Shown here piece by piece: positions 13,179-26,683 of a stretch of DNA of 64,000 nt. The DNA is from Lama guanicoe (taxonomy: Eukaryota). A program made the translations under genes and the position numbers. The stretch covers positions 3,410,001-3,474,000 of the forward strand of contig MU053881.1 of assembly GCA_013239625.1 (NCBI GenBank), written 5' to 3'. Numbering within the stretch: position 1 is the stretch's first letter; each line of letters begins with the position of its first letter. The notes under the pieces are model-generated. The model made no database searches and was not told the origin of the DNA. It was given only the letters and a program-made list of their open reading frames with translations.

Positions 13179-13760
13179 ATTACGTTAATGTATCTCAGTC
13201 TCAGTTTTCTCATCTGTAAAATGGAGATGATTATAGAACCCATCTCAGGATTGTCAGAGATAATACATGAAGAGTGCTGTTGGTGTCTGGCACTTGGGAA
13301 ACACTCAAGAAACGTCAGGTGTCATAATCATAGACTAGAAAGAGCAACTCATTTGGAGTGAAACACCTTGGATTCTAGTCCTGGTTCTGACACTGACTCG
13401 TTGTGCGACCATGGGCAATTGGCCTCAGCTCTCTGGGAATAAGGTTTCTCATCAATGATGAGTCCAGGTAACCTATATGGGACACTTACTATGTGCCGGC
13501 ACCACACAGAGTCCTCTTCTACATCTGTCACCTTTTGAAGCTTTGCCACCCACCCTACTGAGTAGATTCTTACATGAACCCCATAAGTGGGAAACTGAGG
13601 CTTAAAAAGGAACAGTCATTGACCTAAAGTCATATATCTTGTAAATTCTAGGACTTGTGTCCCAAGCCACTACATTTAAAGCCCATTTCTTTCATTAGCA
13701 ATAAGTATTCAATGAGATCATGTAGCAAAAGCATTCTGCGAGCTCTCAATAGCAAACGAT
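13179..13760. mobile_element. MIR cluster (3' half of the split MIR plus further fragments on both strands)
   Basis: ctcagttttctcatctgtaaaatggagatgat; ggattctagtcctggttctg; gggaaactgaggctt. Confidence 0.75.
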
Positions 13761-14424
13761 GGGTGTCATGGCTGTCATCCCTTGAGTATTGAAAACGTAT
13801 TGATGGAGGCATAGTTTTACACCCAGTGGGGCTGGGCAGACTTGGTCCCAGGCCTCGTGGAGATTACTATTCCGGGGGAGGAGGCAGAATCAAGTATTCC
13901 ATCACAATGCAAAGCTGGGAAGAAAGTTGGAATTCTCCTTTCCCAAGTGCTGTCAGGGAAAAGCCAGCAGGATTCACACCTCTGGTTGGCACAGGGAACC
14001 AAGCTCCTAGACATGATCCATGCGGCACGTTCCCAGGTGCTGGTTTCCTGGAGATGGGGAGGGAACAGACGTCCACCAGGAGCTGCGCCAGGCTTCCAGA
14101 TGCTGGTCCTATTTTACTCTCACCACAGCCCTATTCAGTGGGGCTGGTTTTCTATGTTCCTCTCTGGACAAGATGGCCCATGACAGGGGAGAGCCAGGAT
14201 GTAACCCAGGATTGTCAGGTCCGGGGGTCCATGACCTTCCACCACCGCAACTACTGCAGGTGGACAGTGAAGGACCTCCTCGCTGAGCCTCCTTCTCCCC
14301 AGCTCTCCCCAGCACTGCGTATCAGCAAAAAGCACGGAGCCCCCATCCCCTTGGATGGGCTGCTGCAAAGGGACACTAGTGGAGGAGGAGGCATGCAATT
14401 CCTCGAGTCCTCTACTCCTCCCCC

Positions 14425-14449
14425 TCTACTGCTGCTGCTGCTGCTGCTC
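14425..14449. repeat. (CTG)n trinucleotide repeat, about 7 units
   Basis: ctactgctgctgctgctgctgctc. Confidence 0.9.
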
Positions 14450-15748
14450 TGAGTCACAGGGACCTGCCTCATCCCAGCCCTTCTACCAGAGCCTGAATTA
14501 CTGCCTGGAGCAACATGCCTGCCTGAGGCAAGGGAACAGTCCCATCATGTCACAATACCTTTGTCCTGCTTACAGTGCATGACAGGTGTCACTTAGTTGT
14601 CCGGATGTTTTTAAACACAATTTGATTTCACTTGCCTTTACGCCTCTTCTGTTATAAGTGTTGCAAGTTAAAAAACAAACAAACAAACCTGTCCATGGGT
14701 CTTCCTGAAAGATTTACCTTGAATAAATCTCTCAGTAGCTCAGCCAGCCAGCCGTCCACCTTCCCTGGGCATCTGTCATCTCTCAGTTTCCTGTGTGCCT
14801 GCTCTGTGCCAGACCCTGTAGGTCTGGAGGGCAGACAGGCCAAGAGAAGCATGACATTTTCCTTCAAGGCTCATGGTCTGTGGCCCTGGGTTTCTGGGAC
14901 TAGAAGCAGAACTGTGGTGGGCGGAAGAGGGGCTGGGAGGAAGGGCAGTGGTCAGAGTGTAACTGCAAACTCCTTTCCAAACTGGGCTGGGAAGGAAAAG
15001 AGAGTGTGGTAGGCAGCTAGGAGGCAAGACGGGCCCTTGGGAGAGTGGCTTCAGGCTAGGGGAGACTTTCGCACGTTCAGAGGTGGAAGGAAAGAATTCA
15101 GAGGCAGAACAGTGGCTGGAGAAACCGAGGAGGAAGGGGTGGAGTGGAATCCAGGATGGGGAGCAAGGGGGTGGGTGGGGGGCTGTGGCTGGGGAAAGAG
15201 GGGGGCTCCCTCTTTTTGCCCTCATGGGGGAAGTGCTGATACAAAAAGACCACTACTTTCTTGGTCCTTACCTGGGGCGAGAACATGTCAATTTTGATGT
15301 TAACCAGACCAGGCTCGGGATCCCAGAGGGATGGACCTTGGCTTTTATCACCAGAATCCCTGTTCACCCGCAGAGCTAAGATGACACAATCGTTTTGGGG
15401 TTGGGGCAGATTTAGTGCCGTCAAATTCTCCTCATTCACATCTCCTTCCCTCCCGCCTTTTGCTACATCTCTTTGGCTACACTTCCCTGGGTACTGTAGT
15501 ATTTCTGTTATTCTTGCAGATGACATTATTTTGTGTAAGTGCTCAGCAATCTGAATCTCCCCTAACACTTATCCTCCGTGCTGACTGATTCAATGTGTCT
15601 AATTCTGAATGTACAACAGTCCTCACAAACGATGTTTCTCTGCTAATGGTTCAGAGGGGATATTCACAAGAGGGTAGGTAGATATACTGAACAGTATATT
15701 CCACCACTGGATAAAGGCAGATGCATTATTTCTTTGTCATATTATTCT

Positions 15749-15835
15749 GGAAGAGAAGAGGAGAGGGGAGGGGAGGGGAGGGGAGGAGAAGAGAAGAGAA
15801 GAGAAGAGAAGAGAAGAGAAGAGAAGAGAAGAGAA
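15749..15835. repeat. Polypurine (GAGGG)n-(GAGAA)n pentanucleotide array
   Basis: Uninterrupted purine tract read directly. Confidence 0.95.
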
Positions 15836-18659
15836 TTACTTCCCTGTTCTGTCTTCTGTACCTTAAAGAAACTACAATGTAATTGGAAGTTTTCAGGTTG
15901 AAAATAGTTGGAAGAGGAGCCACAGAGTTCTACGACTGTGAGGATCTAAGAAATTTATTACCCACACTCTGAGCATTTGGATCGAACCTGGAAGCTCAGA
16001 GTAGAATGAGTGTGATTACACTTTTGTTTTTCTCAGGGGCTCAGGGACCACTGGCGAGACAGCTGATTACAGTGGGACAATATTCCAAGACATTAGCCAA
16101 AGCTGCCTCCCAACTCACCCTCCTCCGCTTCTTTGTACCCATTTCACGTCTCCACTATTCAGGGACCACATATCCTGTGCTCAGGAAGAGAACATTTACA
16201 GCCAAGAAAAGTTTTGGTGGTAGAAAATTCCAAAACAGCCTCCTGAAACACATAAATGTCTTTAAAATGAAGTCTTGGAATTGTAAGAGTCTGGAATTTT
16301 GAGACAGAAAATACTTTATCTTTTTTTTTTTGTAAGTTTAAGCATTTGGCTTTATAAGCCAAAAGCTACTGTGCTGGAGGACTCAGTGTAAATGATTGCT
16401 TTCCTGCACACAGACTGAGGAAGAACACGGTTTCCACCTTCGACTTGGTAGACATGGTGGGGTATAGGGGGTGGAGAAGCAAGGAGAGCAGAGAGAAGAG
16501 TGAGTCACAGGGAGATGTTTCGAAGAGATCCTTTAGGGAAGTGTCTCAGCCCGAGTCCCAGGATGGGAATGATAGACATCGCAGATGAGTGCAGGGACCA
16601 AAATCAGAGGGGCCCCATGCTTCACTTTGCGTCTGAAACCTTGGGAAGCAACAGCCTTGCAAAGGCTCAGAGCTTGCTTGGAGACAGAAGAGCAGTGGTT
16701 GCAGCCGGGCAGGTGTGGGCAGGTAGGAGGCACCATCGCCGTGCCTGTGGTCAGGGCAAGGGAGGTGCAGAGGCACTGGTGTGGCCTTGCCACTGGGAGA
16801 GCTGATGGGGACAAGGACATCGATCACAGAAGCATCAGGAATAAATAAAGCGAACTAACCAAGGACAGGTGAGCCCTCTGCTTGGCAGCAGAAGCCTGTG
16901 TGCAACAGTGCGGAACACCAGTGCCTCTCCTTGGACACTAGGGTGGCATGTGGTTCCCAAGTTGAGGTCTTCCTGGGAGAAGGAAAGGAGAAGATGGAGA
17001 AAGAGGGTGAAAATTCTTCAGGCACCAAGTTTACCTGGAATTTACATGATTAAGTTTCCTGCTCCCTGGAGGAAGATGGGTGCTCAGAGATCCAGGTTAA
17101 GTCAGAGCTTAGAGAAAAATGGCTCATTTGTGCCTGCCTGAGTTTGAGGCTGAAATTCATACTTATTACACAAGTAGAAAGATACTGATCATATCAGCAT
17201 AGTGAACACTAGAATTTAGGCAAAAGCTGGAGAGGCAGCCAGACACACTTTTTGGGGGGGAAATCTGTAGTTCTTCTGGCCATTGCTCAATTCATCAAGG
17301 TCACAGACTAAAAAAAGTCAGAGCCTCTGGTGAAAGGAATCTGAAGTCCTAGGAAGGCAGGTTAGCTGGAGAATTACACACTTCCATTTTATTTTGCAAT
17401 GTATACAATGTTTGAGGCAATGTAACGATATCCCTTCAAAATACTGTTTTTTTGAGTTTTTGCTCAGTAAGTAAAATTGAGATTGTACCATATTTCAAAA
17501 TATAATCTAAAATTAAAATAAAATTCAAAAAGAATGAAACAATCAATCAAACAAACAAACAAACAAAACCCATTTTGGTGTGGTTAAGAGAACGAGATGG
17601 GAAAAAAAGAGTCAGAGCCAGAAGATCATTAGAGATGGTTTATTCCTGCCCCATTTACAGATAGGAAACCTGAAGTCCAGTGGGAAAGGATTTGTCCAAG
17701 ATTACACAAGCCTGAATCTCGGGGTTCCTGATGACTGGTCTTGGGCTGTTCCACCTTGCCGTGGGAACAACATGTTACCCCTTCTTCCTTTGGTAGTTTT
17801 GGAGAGTGAGAAGATGTTGAGAAACTTCTCTTGATTTGAAGGGAAAAATGGACCCTGAGGTAAAAATGACCCTGAGTAAAAATGACCTTAACAGGAACAT
17901 GGAATCTGACTGAAAAGTTCACCTGTGTTTATGGTAGAAAACGAAATGGTCTTGAAGCATTTGGAGAGCCTTCCGGAAGATCTCAAGCTCTACCCCTTTA
18001 CCAAAGGCACGATCTGCCCTAAGAAGCAGTGTGTTAATTTCAAGTCTGGGAAGGACACTTGAGGAGGGAACCCTGACTTTTTTCCTCTCTTCAGGGGAAA
18101 GATGGTTGCCTTTCTGGTCACGGCCAGTCCGTGGTGTTTGCCTGAACTGCTCAGACAACGAGACCAAAGGTTACTTGTAGCTTTCAAATGAGGATATAAA
18201 ACACTTTGTGACAGCCTTTTCTCTTTGAGCCCAAGGTGCTGACATTGTCAGGATAAATGTTGGAGAGGGTTACTATACCCTCTTTAAAAGTTACAGCTTA
18301 CATAGCTTCTATGGATTGAGTGCTGGCAGATAAGCAAAACAGAGAGCCCAGATACGTCTTAGGGCGTTGACCCACGTGAGCCATAGGGTCAATGATATTG
18401 CCCTTTACTGAGATGCGCAACTACTGTTTGGGTAGGGATTTACGATCTATGATGCCCACCTCATGCACAGGACGCTTCTCCATGGATAATAAGGATCCAT
18501 GTTTCCCAGACAAGGAGTTTTGGGCTCAGGAGTTGAGGTTATTTTTCTAAGGTCACATGGTGTACAAATGGCAGAGCTGGAACTCTTGAACTCTGGTGGA
18601 CTACCTGACTTCCAAGTGTGTGTTCTCTTCTCTGTGTTTGGAATGTCTGAGACACAGCT

Positions 18660-18786
18660 ACCCACAAAGCTCTCTTTGTGGGTCTCTTTTGAGAGGGAAG
18701 ATGTGGCAGGAACTATTAATGATCAAGCCAAGTCAACAGTGACAACTAAGACTGTCCCTGGTAAACGCAAATGCATAGTCACCCTA
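18660..18786. mobile_element. MER94-like hAT-Blackjack MITE
   Basis: cttttgagagggaag..actattaatgat..gactgtccctggtaaac..atagtcaccct matches MER94. Confidence 0.65.
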
Positions 18787-19392
18787 CATAGGCATCAGTC
18801 ACACAAGGTCCCCAAGATTTCTTTGTTGGGTCCATCAAACTTTGCTAGCCCGAGTGTACGAAACATTGCTGTTTCTGTGCATGCTGCCACAGCACCCTGA
18901 ATCCCTTTATCAAGGGGTGTATCACACAGAACAAGAGCGATTTTTCCTCCCATATCTTTCTCCCCTGTAGGCTTTGGGCTTCTTGGGGGAGAGATGACTC
19001 TTCATTTATCTCTGCCTCTTGGTGAGCTTAGAATAGTCCTGATGTTCAGTCAGTACTGGTTGGATGAATGGTCCATGGTTTGGATTCTCTTGCTCAAAGG
19101 TGAACTTCAGCTCTGTGGGCTCTGGGACACATCTCCATGTCTCATGATGGGGGAGACAGCAACTTCTTGAAGTACCAACTAATGCTGAGTGTGTCCTCTA
19201 CTTGGCGATATGAATTTCTCTAGATTCTTCGTGAGAAATGTACCGGCCTCTAATTTTGGCAATTTTCTACTGTTTCACTAATATTTTAAATAACAAGCTA
19301 TTAATAACACATGAACATAATACGACATTTACAGGGCACTTTCACATTCAGTATCTAATTCGACTCACACTGTCCCTGTGATTGAAAGAATC

Positions 19393-19923
19393 TGTGATGG
19401 GTGTCATTTTATCTGTGCAGCACCTCTCAGTTCTTCTGGTGCCAGTATGCCCACCTTCAGTGAATCATGTCTCATCCCCTCCTATCAGCCTCTAACACGT
19501 GGTCCAAAGGTGAGCTCTCACCTTCCTGTAAGACCTTGCCTCCTCAGGGCATGAGTCAGGGTGACGATCGAGAGAGAGGCATGTGACCCAAACTAGGTTG
19601 ATCAGAGTGGTCTCCTGGGAACCAAAGGCAGGATCCCTTTCTCTGTTAGTGAAGGTGGAGAGAAGTGATCCCAGGATTTTTGGCAGTCACCATTCCAGCC
19701 TCTTGGAGAATGTCAGTAGGAAGAGCAAGAAAGCAAAGAGAAGTCCATGCAGAGAAATACAGATCAGAGGAAGAAAGAGAGCTGTGACCACGTCTGTGTC
19801 CTTGGATCCATCGCTTCTGCTTTTCTAGGAATTTAAAGGGCTCAATAAATACCCTCTTTTGCCTAAATCACATCAAGCTGGGTTTCTGTCACTTGCAACC
19901 CTGAAGGTCCCGACTAACGTACA
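19393..19923 (+). mobile_element. MLT1 (MaLR) solo LTR inserted in an antisense MIR
   Basis: TG start; catgtgacccaaactagg; aataaa at ~19845; end gggtttctgtcacttgcaacc..gactaacgtaca; MIR sequence on both sides. Confidence 0.75.
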
Positions 19924-20739
19924 GCGATAGCTCCATTTCACAGACGAGAAAGGTGAAGGTCTTGGCTACTTGCTCAAGATCACAGAGCCTCTCAGTGCCG
20001 GAGCTAGGAATTAGGACTAGAAATAACTTGTGTTCTTCAGATGCCAAGTTGGGTCTCTCTCTCTCATGAAGCAGTACAACCTGCCTTCAGGGGCCTTTTC
20101 TATCTGTGGGCTTTTCTATCATCAAACAAGAATGTTTTCCCTTTCTATTGACTTTCTCAAGGTGAGCGCTCACCTTTTGGCCTCCCAGGACAACCTCACG
20201 TCCCCAGACATCTGATGACATATTTTGTTCCTACTCCATTTTTTTTTCTTCTGTGTGATTAAGCTCTAACTCAGCTACCCTTCAGTCACTCGAACAAAGT
20301 CAAAATGTTGTGATGCAATATGAAGCCAATATGGTCCTGCCTGGAGATGCCCTTAGAGCTCAGGAGAAACTCAAGTTCCAAACCAATTTTGAACTTAAAT
20401 TTAGGCCAGGTTGATGCCAAAAGAGTCAACTATCTATATCCGAGGGGAGTCCAGACATTCCTGCCTTCTGAGGGTCGTGGGGCTTGTCCACATGGACCAA
20501 CTAAACCTCTTGCCTGTCGGGACCCTCATCATCTTTGCTCCGTCTCCCTTTCCATGGCATTATCTGCTCCATGCTATGGCTTTGATCATGTTCGAAAGCA
20601 GGGCATTGCATGAACCATGGAGACAGCATCTTTATACTTGTTTTTGTAAGTTCTTTGTTTCATCAATGAACTCTATCAGTAGGGAGACAGACAGAAACCT
20701 CGGTCTGGAGTGGAATGTAACATTCTCAAAGTTCCTTCA

Positions 20740-21140
20740 AGGAAGATATGATTACTCTCACTTTTTTACAAAAGGGAAAACTGAGGCTCAGGGTGGTGAA
20801 GTAAATAGTAAAATTGCATCCCTCCAGCCTAGAAGCCTTTTTTTTTTTTTTTTCACTTTCTGGGCTGGTATGTTCTCCTGCCTCTTACACATGGATGTAA
20901 TCAATATTAACAATAAATACTGGATACTCCATGTTTACTCTGTGCTGGCACCGTGCTGAGTGCTCTAGATAGTCAATCATTTAACCTTTGTAATAACATT
21001 AAAGAGTCAGATTTGAAGTCTTTGCGTCGCAGGTGAGGAGAATGATATTTAGAGAGGTCAGCCCTGGTCCCAGGCCACGCAGCCTGTCTGAGGCTGAGTT
21101 GGGACTTGAATTCCAGAGCCTGGCTCTTGCTCCCACCCTG
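20740..21140 (-). mobile_element. Antisense MIR fragments
   Basis: tttacaaaagggaaaactgaggctcag; tactctgtgctggcaccgtgctgagtgct..caggtgaggagaatgat. Confidence 0.75.
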
Positions 21141-23512
21141 TGCCCTCACATCACTGAAAGTCCATTGTTATTTACAGACACCTCTGCCTTCAGGGTCCTT
21201 TTCAATCAGTAGCTGTTGGTGGTTTTCCAGTTCTGTGTCCCCAAGGTCACAATAGCAGTCTCATGTCTCTTTTCGATCAAGGTCAGCTGTTGCTAAGTGA
21301 TAGATTTTCCAGGTCTCTGATTTAGCCCTGGAGGGTAGACATTCCAAATGGCATTTGAATACCACTTCACCTCCCAAAGGGTCCCAAAGCCACTTCTCAG
21401 ATTTGCCTGTATAGGGGGCCGCCTTCAGGGCCTGATCCCTGTCTGGCAGCTTGACTAATACCCTGTGTTTGGGGCCCCCGGGAAAGCTAAGATGGGCAAT
21501 GCTGCTCCCTGCACCCCAGGATTGCAGTGGGGTAGGGAGAGTTCAGGAATGAACCAAACTAAGTCCATTTTCAAGGTGCCCCAAACATACACATTACATC
21601 TCAGGCTCTCCATACGAAATATTCAGGAGAAAGCTATATTTACCAGAGCTCCATTCAGGAGAGAAACACTTTAAAGAGCGTTCTCTAGACCCAGTGTCTG
21701 CCAAGTTGTCATCTAAGCTGAGTGATCCGTTAATTTATTCACTTACTGAATGCACCCTACAGGAAAAGCACCGTTGAAAAGGGTTTACATGAACTAGCCC
21801 CTTTAATCTTCACCTCAACTCTACAGTAAGCATCATTATCGCTATATTATAGGAAAGGAAGCAGGTGCAGAAAGGTGAAGTCACTAGTTCAAGGCCATAG
21901 AGCTGGATTTTGAACCAACACTCTTGATTGTAAAATCTGAAGTTCAACCACTTTGCAAACTGCCTTTGACACCAGCCTGATGAGGCAAGATGGTTAAGGA
22001 AGGGGGTGTCTTGGTGGCTTAGGGTCAAGGGAGACTTGAGAAGGTCATGTCCAATGGGGACTTGTGAACATGCAAATATTACATGAAATGCAGTGTGATC
22101 TGGCCCTAGGATGCCAGAAATCTTGAGTTAAGAATCACAATTAAAGTATGAATGTGTTTGGTGCGATGGGGTTCTGGGGGGGATCTGGTGATGCGGCTGA
22201 GTTTGCGCTGGAATTGGTTGGGGAGAGAGCCAGCCTGTGAAGATGTGGGAGTCAGCAGCCACCTGGGTTCCAGGAACAGCGCCAAACAGGGGTGACAAGG
22301 GCACCATTCAATCCCACTGCACCGTCTAACCCGCCATTAAGTCTCTTCATTAACGAGGGGCTTGCGCATGGTTTGTTCCCTTACAGAAGCTTTTCCTAAC
22401 TACTTGCAGCTCAGTAGAAAGCTCGTGACATTTGGGATTTGAATTCCATTTAAGTATTGCCAAGAGGAAGGTGAAAAAAAAAACACACACACACACACAC
22501 GCAGAGCATGGAGCGGTCCTTCAACTCCTGCAGCATCAAAGCACTTTAAAAAGATCTCTAAAGAGACTCTGGGGGGTTTTTGCAAATTTCTTTTACAAAA
22601 TAGCAGTTTTGTCAGAAATCAGCGAATCAGCAAGGCCTGCATTAAAATCCTCTTGAAATCCAGATGGATTTTAACACTGAGGATGAGAAATTGCTTCCCC
22701 AGAAGCCAGTGAATCAGATGTCAGGGGTAAGGGGTGGGGTCTGGGGGGAAGGGATCTTGCCTCTAGGAAGTCTAAGTGTCCACTGGAGAAAAAAAAATTT
22801 GTTTTTAATCCGGAAATCATGAAATAACAGGCTCTAGAAAGTTCTGCAAATCAGCTGAACCTTTTTGTTCAAATTACTCTGTTTTTATGAAATCCCATTA
22901 GACGGCCTTATAGGTAACGCCAAAGTTTCACCAGGCTTTGTAAGTCAAAATCCACGCTCTGTGATCACTTTGTAATAAAACGGCATGAACAAATGGTGCT
23001 GACATGGGGAAATATCCTCTTCTGGTCTATTTGCTTATCAGGGCAGGTCCTCACTCAGAGACCTGCCAGTCTCGGGGTGGAGATGCTACATAATTGGTGT
23101 CCTACATAGGTCTGAATGACACAGCGATGGCTATTCCAAGATCAGTCTTGTTTACTCCAACCTCGTGGCTAAGCAGACTGCCAGCAGGGCTCCTTGCGAG
23201 GGCCTGAAAAGGACTGGCCCCAAGGGCTCTGGGATGAACACACTCCCTCCTCTTGACCCTTCTCCCACAATCAGCCCCACTGGCTGCAGGGTCCAGTGGT
23301 GTAAGGTGGGAATCCTGCTGCCAAGCACGTATGCAAGAGGGATCATGCATTGGACCACAACTCAGTCAATCTCTTCCAATTGTGTCAGCAGAGAGGAGTG
23401 GTTCCGTTTAGGAAAGAGGCATTCAAAGATCATCCATGGAACCTGACTTCTGTTGTCTTTATTTAGGCTGTTTTATTTAATCCTCTTAAAAGACCAGACC
23501 AATTTTATTATT

Positions 23513-24028
23513 ATTCTCATTATTTTTTTAACATTTTTTATTGATTTATAATCATTTTACAATGTTGTGTCAAATTCCAGTGTAGAGCACAACTTTTCAG
23601 TTATACATGAACATATATATATTCATTGTCACATTTTTTTTCTCTGTGAGCTACCACAAGATCTTTTCCTGTGCTATACAGTGTAATCTTGTTTATCTAT
23701 TCTACAATTTTAAAATCCTGTCTATCCCTTCCCACCCTCCACCCTCTTGGCAACCACAAGTTTGTATTCTATGTCTATGAATCTATTTCTGTTTTGTATT
23801 TATGCTTTGTTTGTTTTTGTTTTTTAGATTCCACATATGAGCGATCATATATGGTATTTTTTTTTCTCTTTCTGGCTTACTTCACTTAGAATGNNNNNNN
23901 NNNNNNNNNNNNNNNNNNNNNNNNNNNNNNNNNNNNNNNNNNNNNNNNNNNNNNNNNNNNNNNNNNNNNNNNNNNNNNNNNNNNNNNNNNNNNNNNNNNN
24001 NNNNNNNNNNNNNNNNNNNNNNNNNNNN
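23513..24028 (-). mobile_element. Young antisense L1 3' end, same subfamily as 11674-12300 (N-gap 23894-24028)
   Basis: ttttttaacatttttttattgatttataatcattttacaatgttgtgtcaaattccagtgtagagcac is the reverse complement of 12236-12300. Confidence 0.92.
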
Positions 24029-24214
24029 TTGAGTTGAGGAAATTAGGGTTCAAGAATTGTTCGAGACCCCTGGGCCTTTGGATTCCAATGTTCAGTATGC
24101 ATTTCTCTGTAATATTGCCTCCTGGGGTAAACACTGGAGGATGGGTATTATATAGATGCACTTCCTTGAAGACAGAGGCATATGATCAACATCTCGGTGT
24201 ACTGGCTAGCCAAA

Positions 24215-24420
24215 GAGAGCATTTATTGAGTACTTACTGTGTACCAGGGACTGTTCCTGAATTCATTTAATCGTCAGCATAGCCCAATGTTTTTATCCCC
24301 ATTTTACAGGTGAGGGAACTCAGGCACAGCACACAGAGTCTAAGGAACTTGTCTAAGGTCAGGGCAAAGAAAGGGTGGAGCTAGGATTCAAACCTAGATG
24401 GTACAGTTCTGGATGCTTTC
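24215..24420 (-). mobile_element. Antisense MIR
   Basis: catttattgagtacttactgtgtaccagg..ccccattttacaggtgagggaact..aaggtca. Confidence 0.85.
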
Positions 24421-24434
24421 TCCCCATAACTTGG

Positions 24435-25330
24435 TTAGGAAAAATTTCAAACACACAGAAAATTTGAAATGCTGTTACTGTGAACACCTGTGGGCTCATC
24501 TTAGATTCTGCCATTGTTAGCATTTCCTACGTTTACTTGACCACATATCTGTCCATCTGCCCATGCATCAACTCCTCTGATTTTTGATGCATTTCAAAGT
24601 AAACTGCAGACATCGGTACATTTCACCCCTAATACCCCTGAACACCAGCTTGAATATCATTCCTTAGAGTTCAACATATGTTTATGGATTTTTTTAAGAT
24701 AAAATTCACATAGAGAGAAACGCACACATGCTAATTGTATCATCCAGTGAAATTCAGCAGACGTCTACACCACTGTTACTTATCAATATTATAGAATATT
24801 TCCACCACTCCAGAAATTTCCTCACATCCCTTCCTAATCAATATCCTCCCTACTTGCTCCCAGGAAACCACTGTTTTGACTTTTTTCATCACAGCTATGT
24901 CTTTCCTTTCTTAGAACTTCATATGCATGGAATTATACAGCATGCAGTCTTCTATGGCTGGCTTCGTTTGCTTGGAATAATGTTTATCAGATTTGTTCAT
25001 GTTGTAGTGGTAACAGTAGCTTGTTCGTAAATTGCTGAGTGGTATCCCGCTGTGTGAACATACCACGCATGGTTTACTCGCTGCTTGTATGTGGACACCT
25101 GGGCTGTTCCCCACCCCGCCCTGGGAGGCGACATTGAGTAGAGATCCTATGAACATTCATGTACTAGCCTTTCTGTGGACATGGGCTTTTTGAGTTAAAA
25201 ATTAGGAGTGAAATTGATGGGTCATTATATATATGGGACTTATATTTAGTTTCGTATGAAACTGCCAGACCACTTTTCAAAGAGATTGCTTACTTTCTCT
25301 CCCCGCCAGCAGTGTGTGAGAGGTCTGGTT
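24435..25330 (-). mobile_element. Old antisense L1 (L1MB/ME-type) 3' region
   Basis: gaaaaatttcaaacacacagaaa; tagaacttcatatgcatggaattatacag; tatgaacattcatgtac..aggagtgaaattgatgggtcat..aactgccagac. Confidence 0.85.
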
Positions 25331-26683
25331 TGGGTGCCGAGAGGCTAGTAATCTGCTCTGCTGCCTCTCCAGGTAGGAAGCCAACGAGCATTTGCGGTAG
25401 AGTGAATTCCTAAAGGTCAGAAAAAAAGGATTTGGCTTCAGCAGAAATGACACCTGTTGAATGGGAGAAGGGTGCAGGGGAAGGGAGTGGATTCGTTTTC
25501 AGCTCTTCAACTTACTTTTCCTGCCAGAATCTCAGGGGCTACACCAACAAATGCATGGTAAGTGTGTGCAGCACGCTTGCTGGGCACCTGACATTTGTTA
25601 AGCCCTTTATATATATGAATATATGAATGCTCTTCTGTCCTTCAGTCTTGGATTTAGGAATGTTATAGATTAGGAAACTGAGGCTAAAGGAGATGAATGA
25701 TTCACTCATGGGCAGTCACCAAAGGCAAAGCTGGAGATTTGCTCCCACTTCTGTCTGACATCAAAGTCAGAACATTTTCTACTTCATTCCAAAATCTTCT
25801 GCAAAAGGGGACAGATTGGAAGAACCCAGGGGCAGCTTAGAGACAGAGATATACACGTTGGGCCGCCAGGGGCCCCAATTCCTGGGTAATTTGTAACAGT
25901 CAGAAGACATCTTTGGACCAGAGTGATGGGTGCAAATTTCTTTGGTAACCTTACTGTTAAAAGACTCCATCTTTAAAGGGAACTTGGAGCAATTACAGAT
26001 GTAGAGACAGAAAATGTTCTACCATTTGTAATTAATTCTGCTGTAATTGCAACTCCAATACAAAGATGTGATTATCTTGGCACAAACTGGTGTAGGAACA
26101 AATAAGAAAAAATAAAAAACAAAACCAAAACACCTAGCAAGAGATGCAAAGGAGGAAGGTCGTGTCTTTAAAGGTAAAAACTGGAAAGTATCTAACAATC
26201 TGTCCACAAGGGGCTGGTTAAAGACAAAATGATGGTACCTCCATGCCATGGAAGTGAATGAGACCCACCTCTGCAAGCTCAGATGAAACAGTGCCCAGGA
26301 TGTATTTTATATCAACACAGACACACCCAGGGTCGAGTATGAGTTGATTTGTGCTCAGAAGAATTCTTTTATGCTTATGAATATAAAGCACATTGCTGGG
26401 AGAATATATAATAAATGGTGATTAGAAGGGCAAGAGAGACTTTTCCGTTCCTGCTATTCTGAATGGTACATTAAAAAAAAAAAACAAAACCACTGGCAAC
26501 TTGTAGAAACCACTACAAAAGAAGGAGGGCTGGAAATCTCTACAGGCAACTTCTGTGTCCCAGAGTCCCAGGGGCTATGGCAGCTTCTCCTCCATGGGAA
26601 CAGGGACAAGGTCACACTCCCCACCTGCAGTGACACCTGCCTTCCTGCCCTGCTCCCCTGGGTTTTCCCTTCAGCATTCATTT

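Noticed and set aside
13826-14452. Longest N-free ORF (208 aa), ending in poly-Leu
   Set aside because: Starts at GTG and has no recognisable domain. The poly-Leu comes from a (CTG)n repeat, and many overlapping ORFs occur on both strands of this GC-richer stretch. Treated as a chance ORF.
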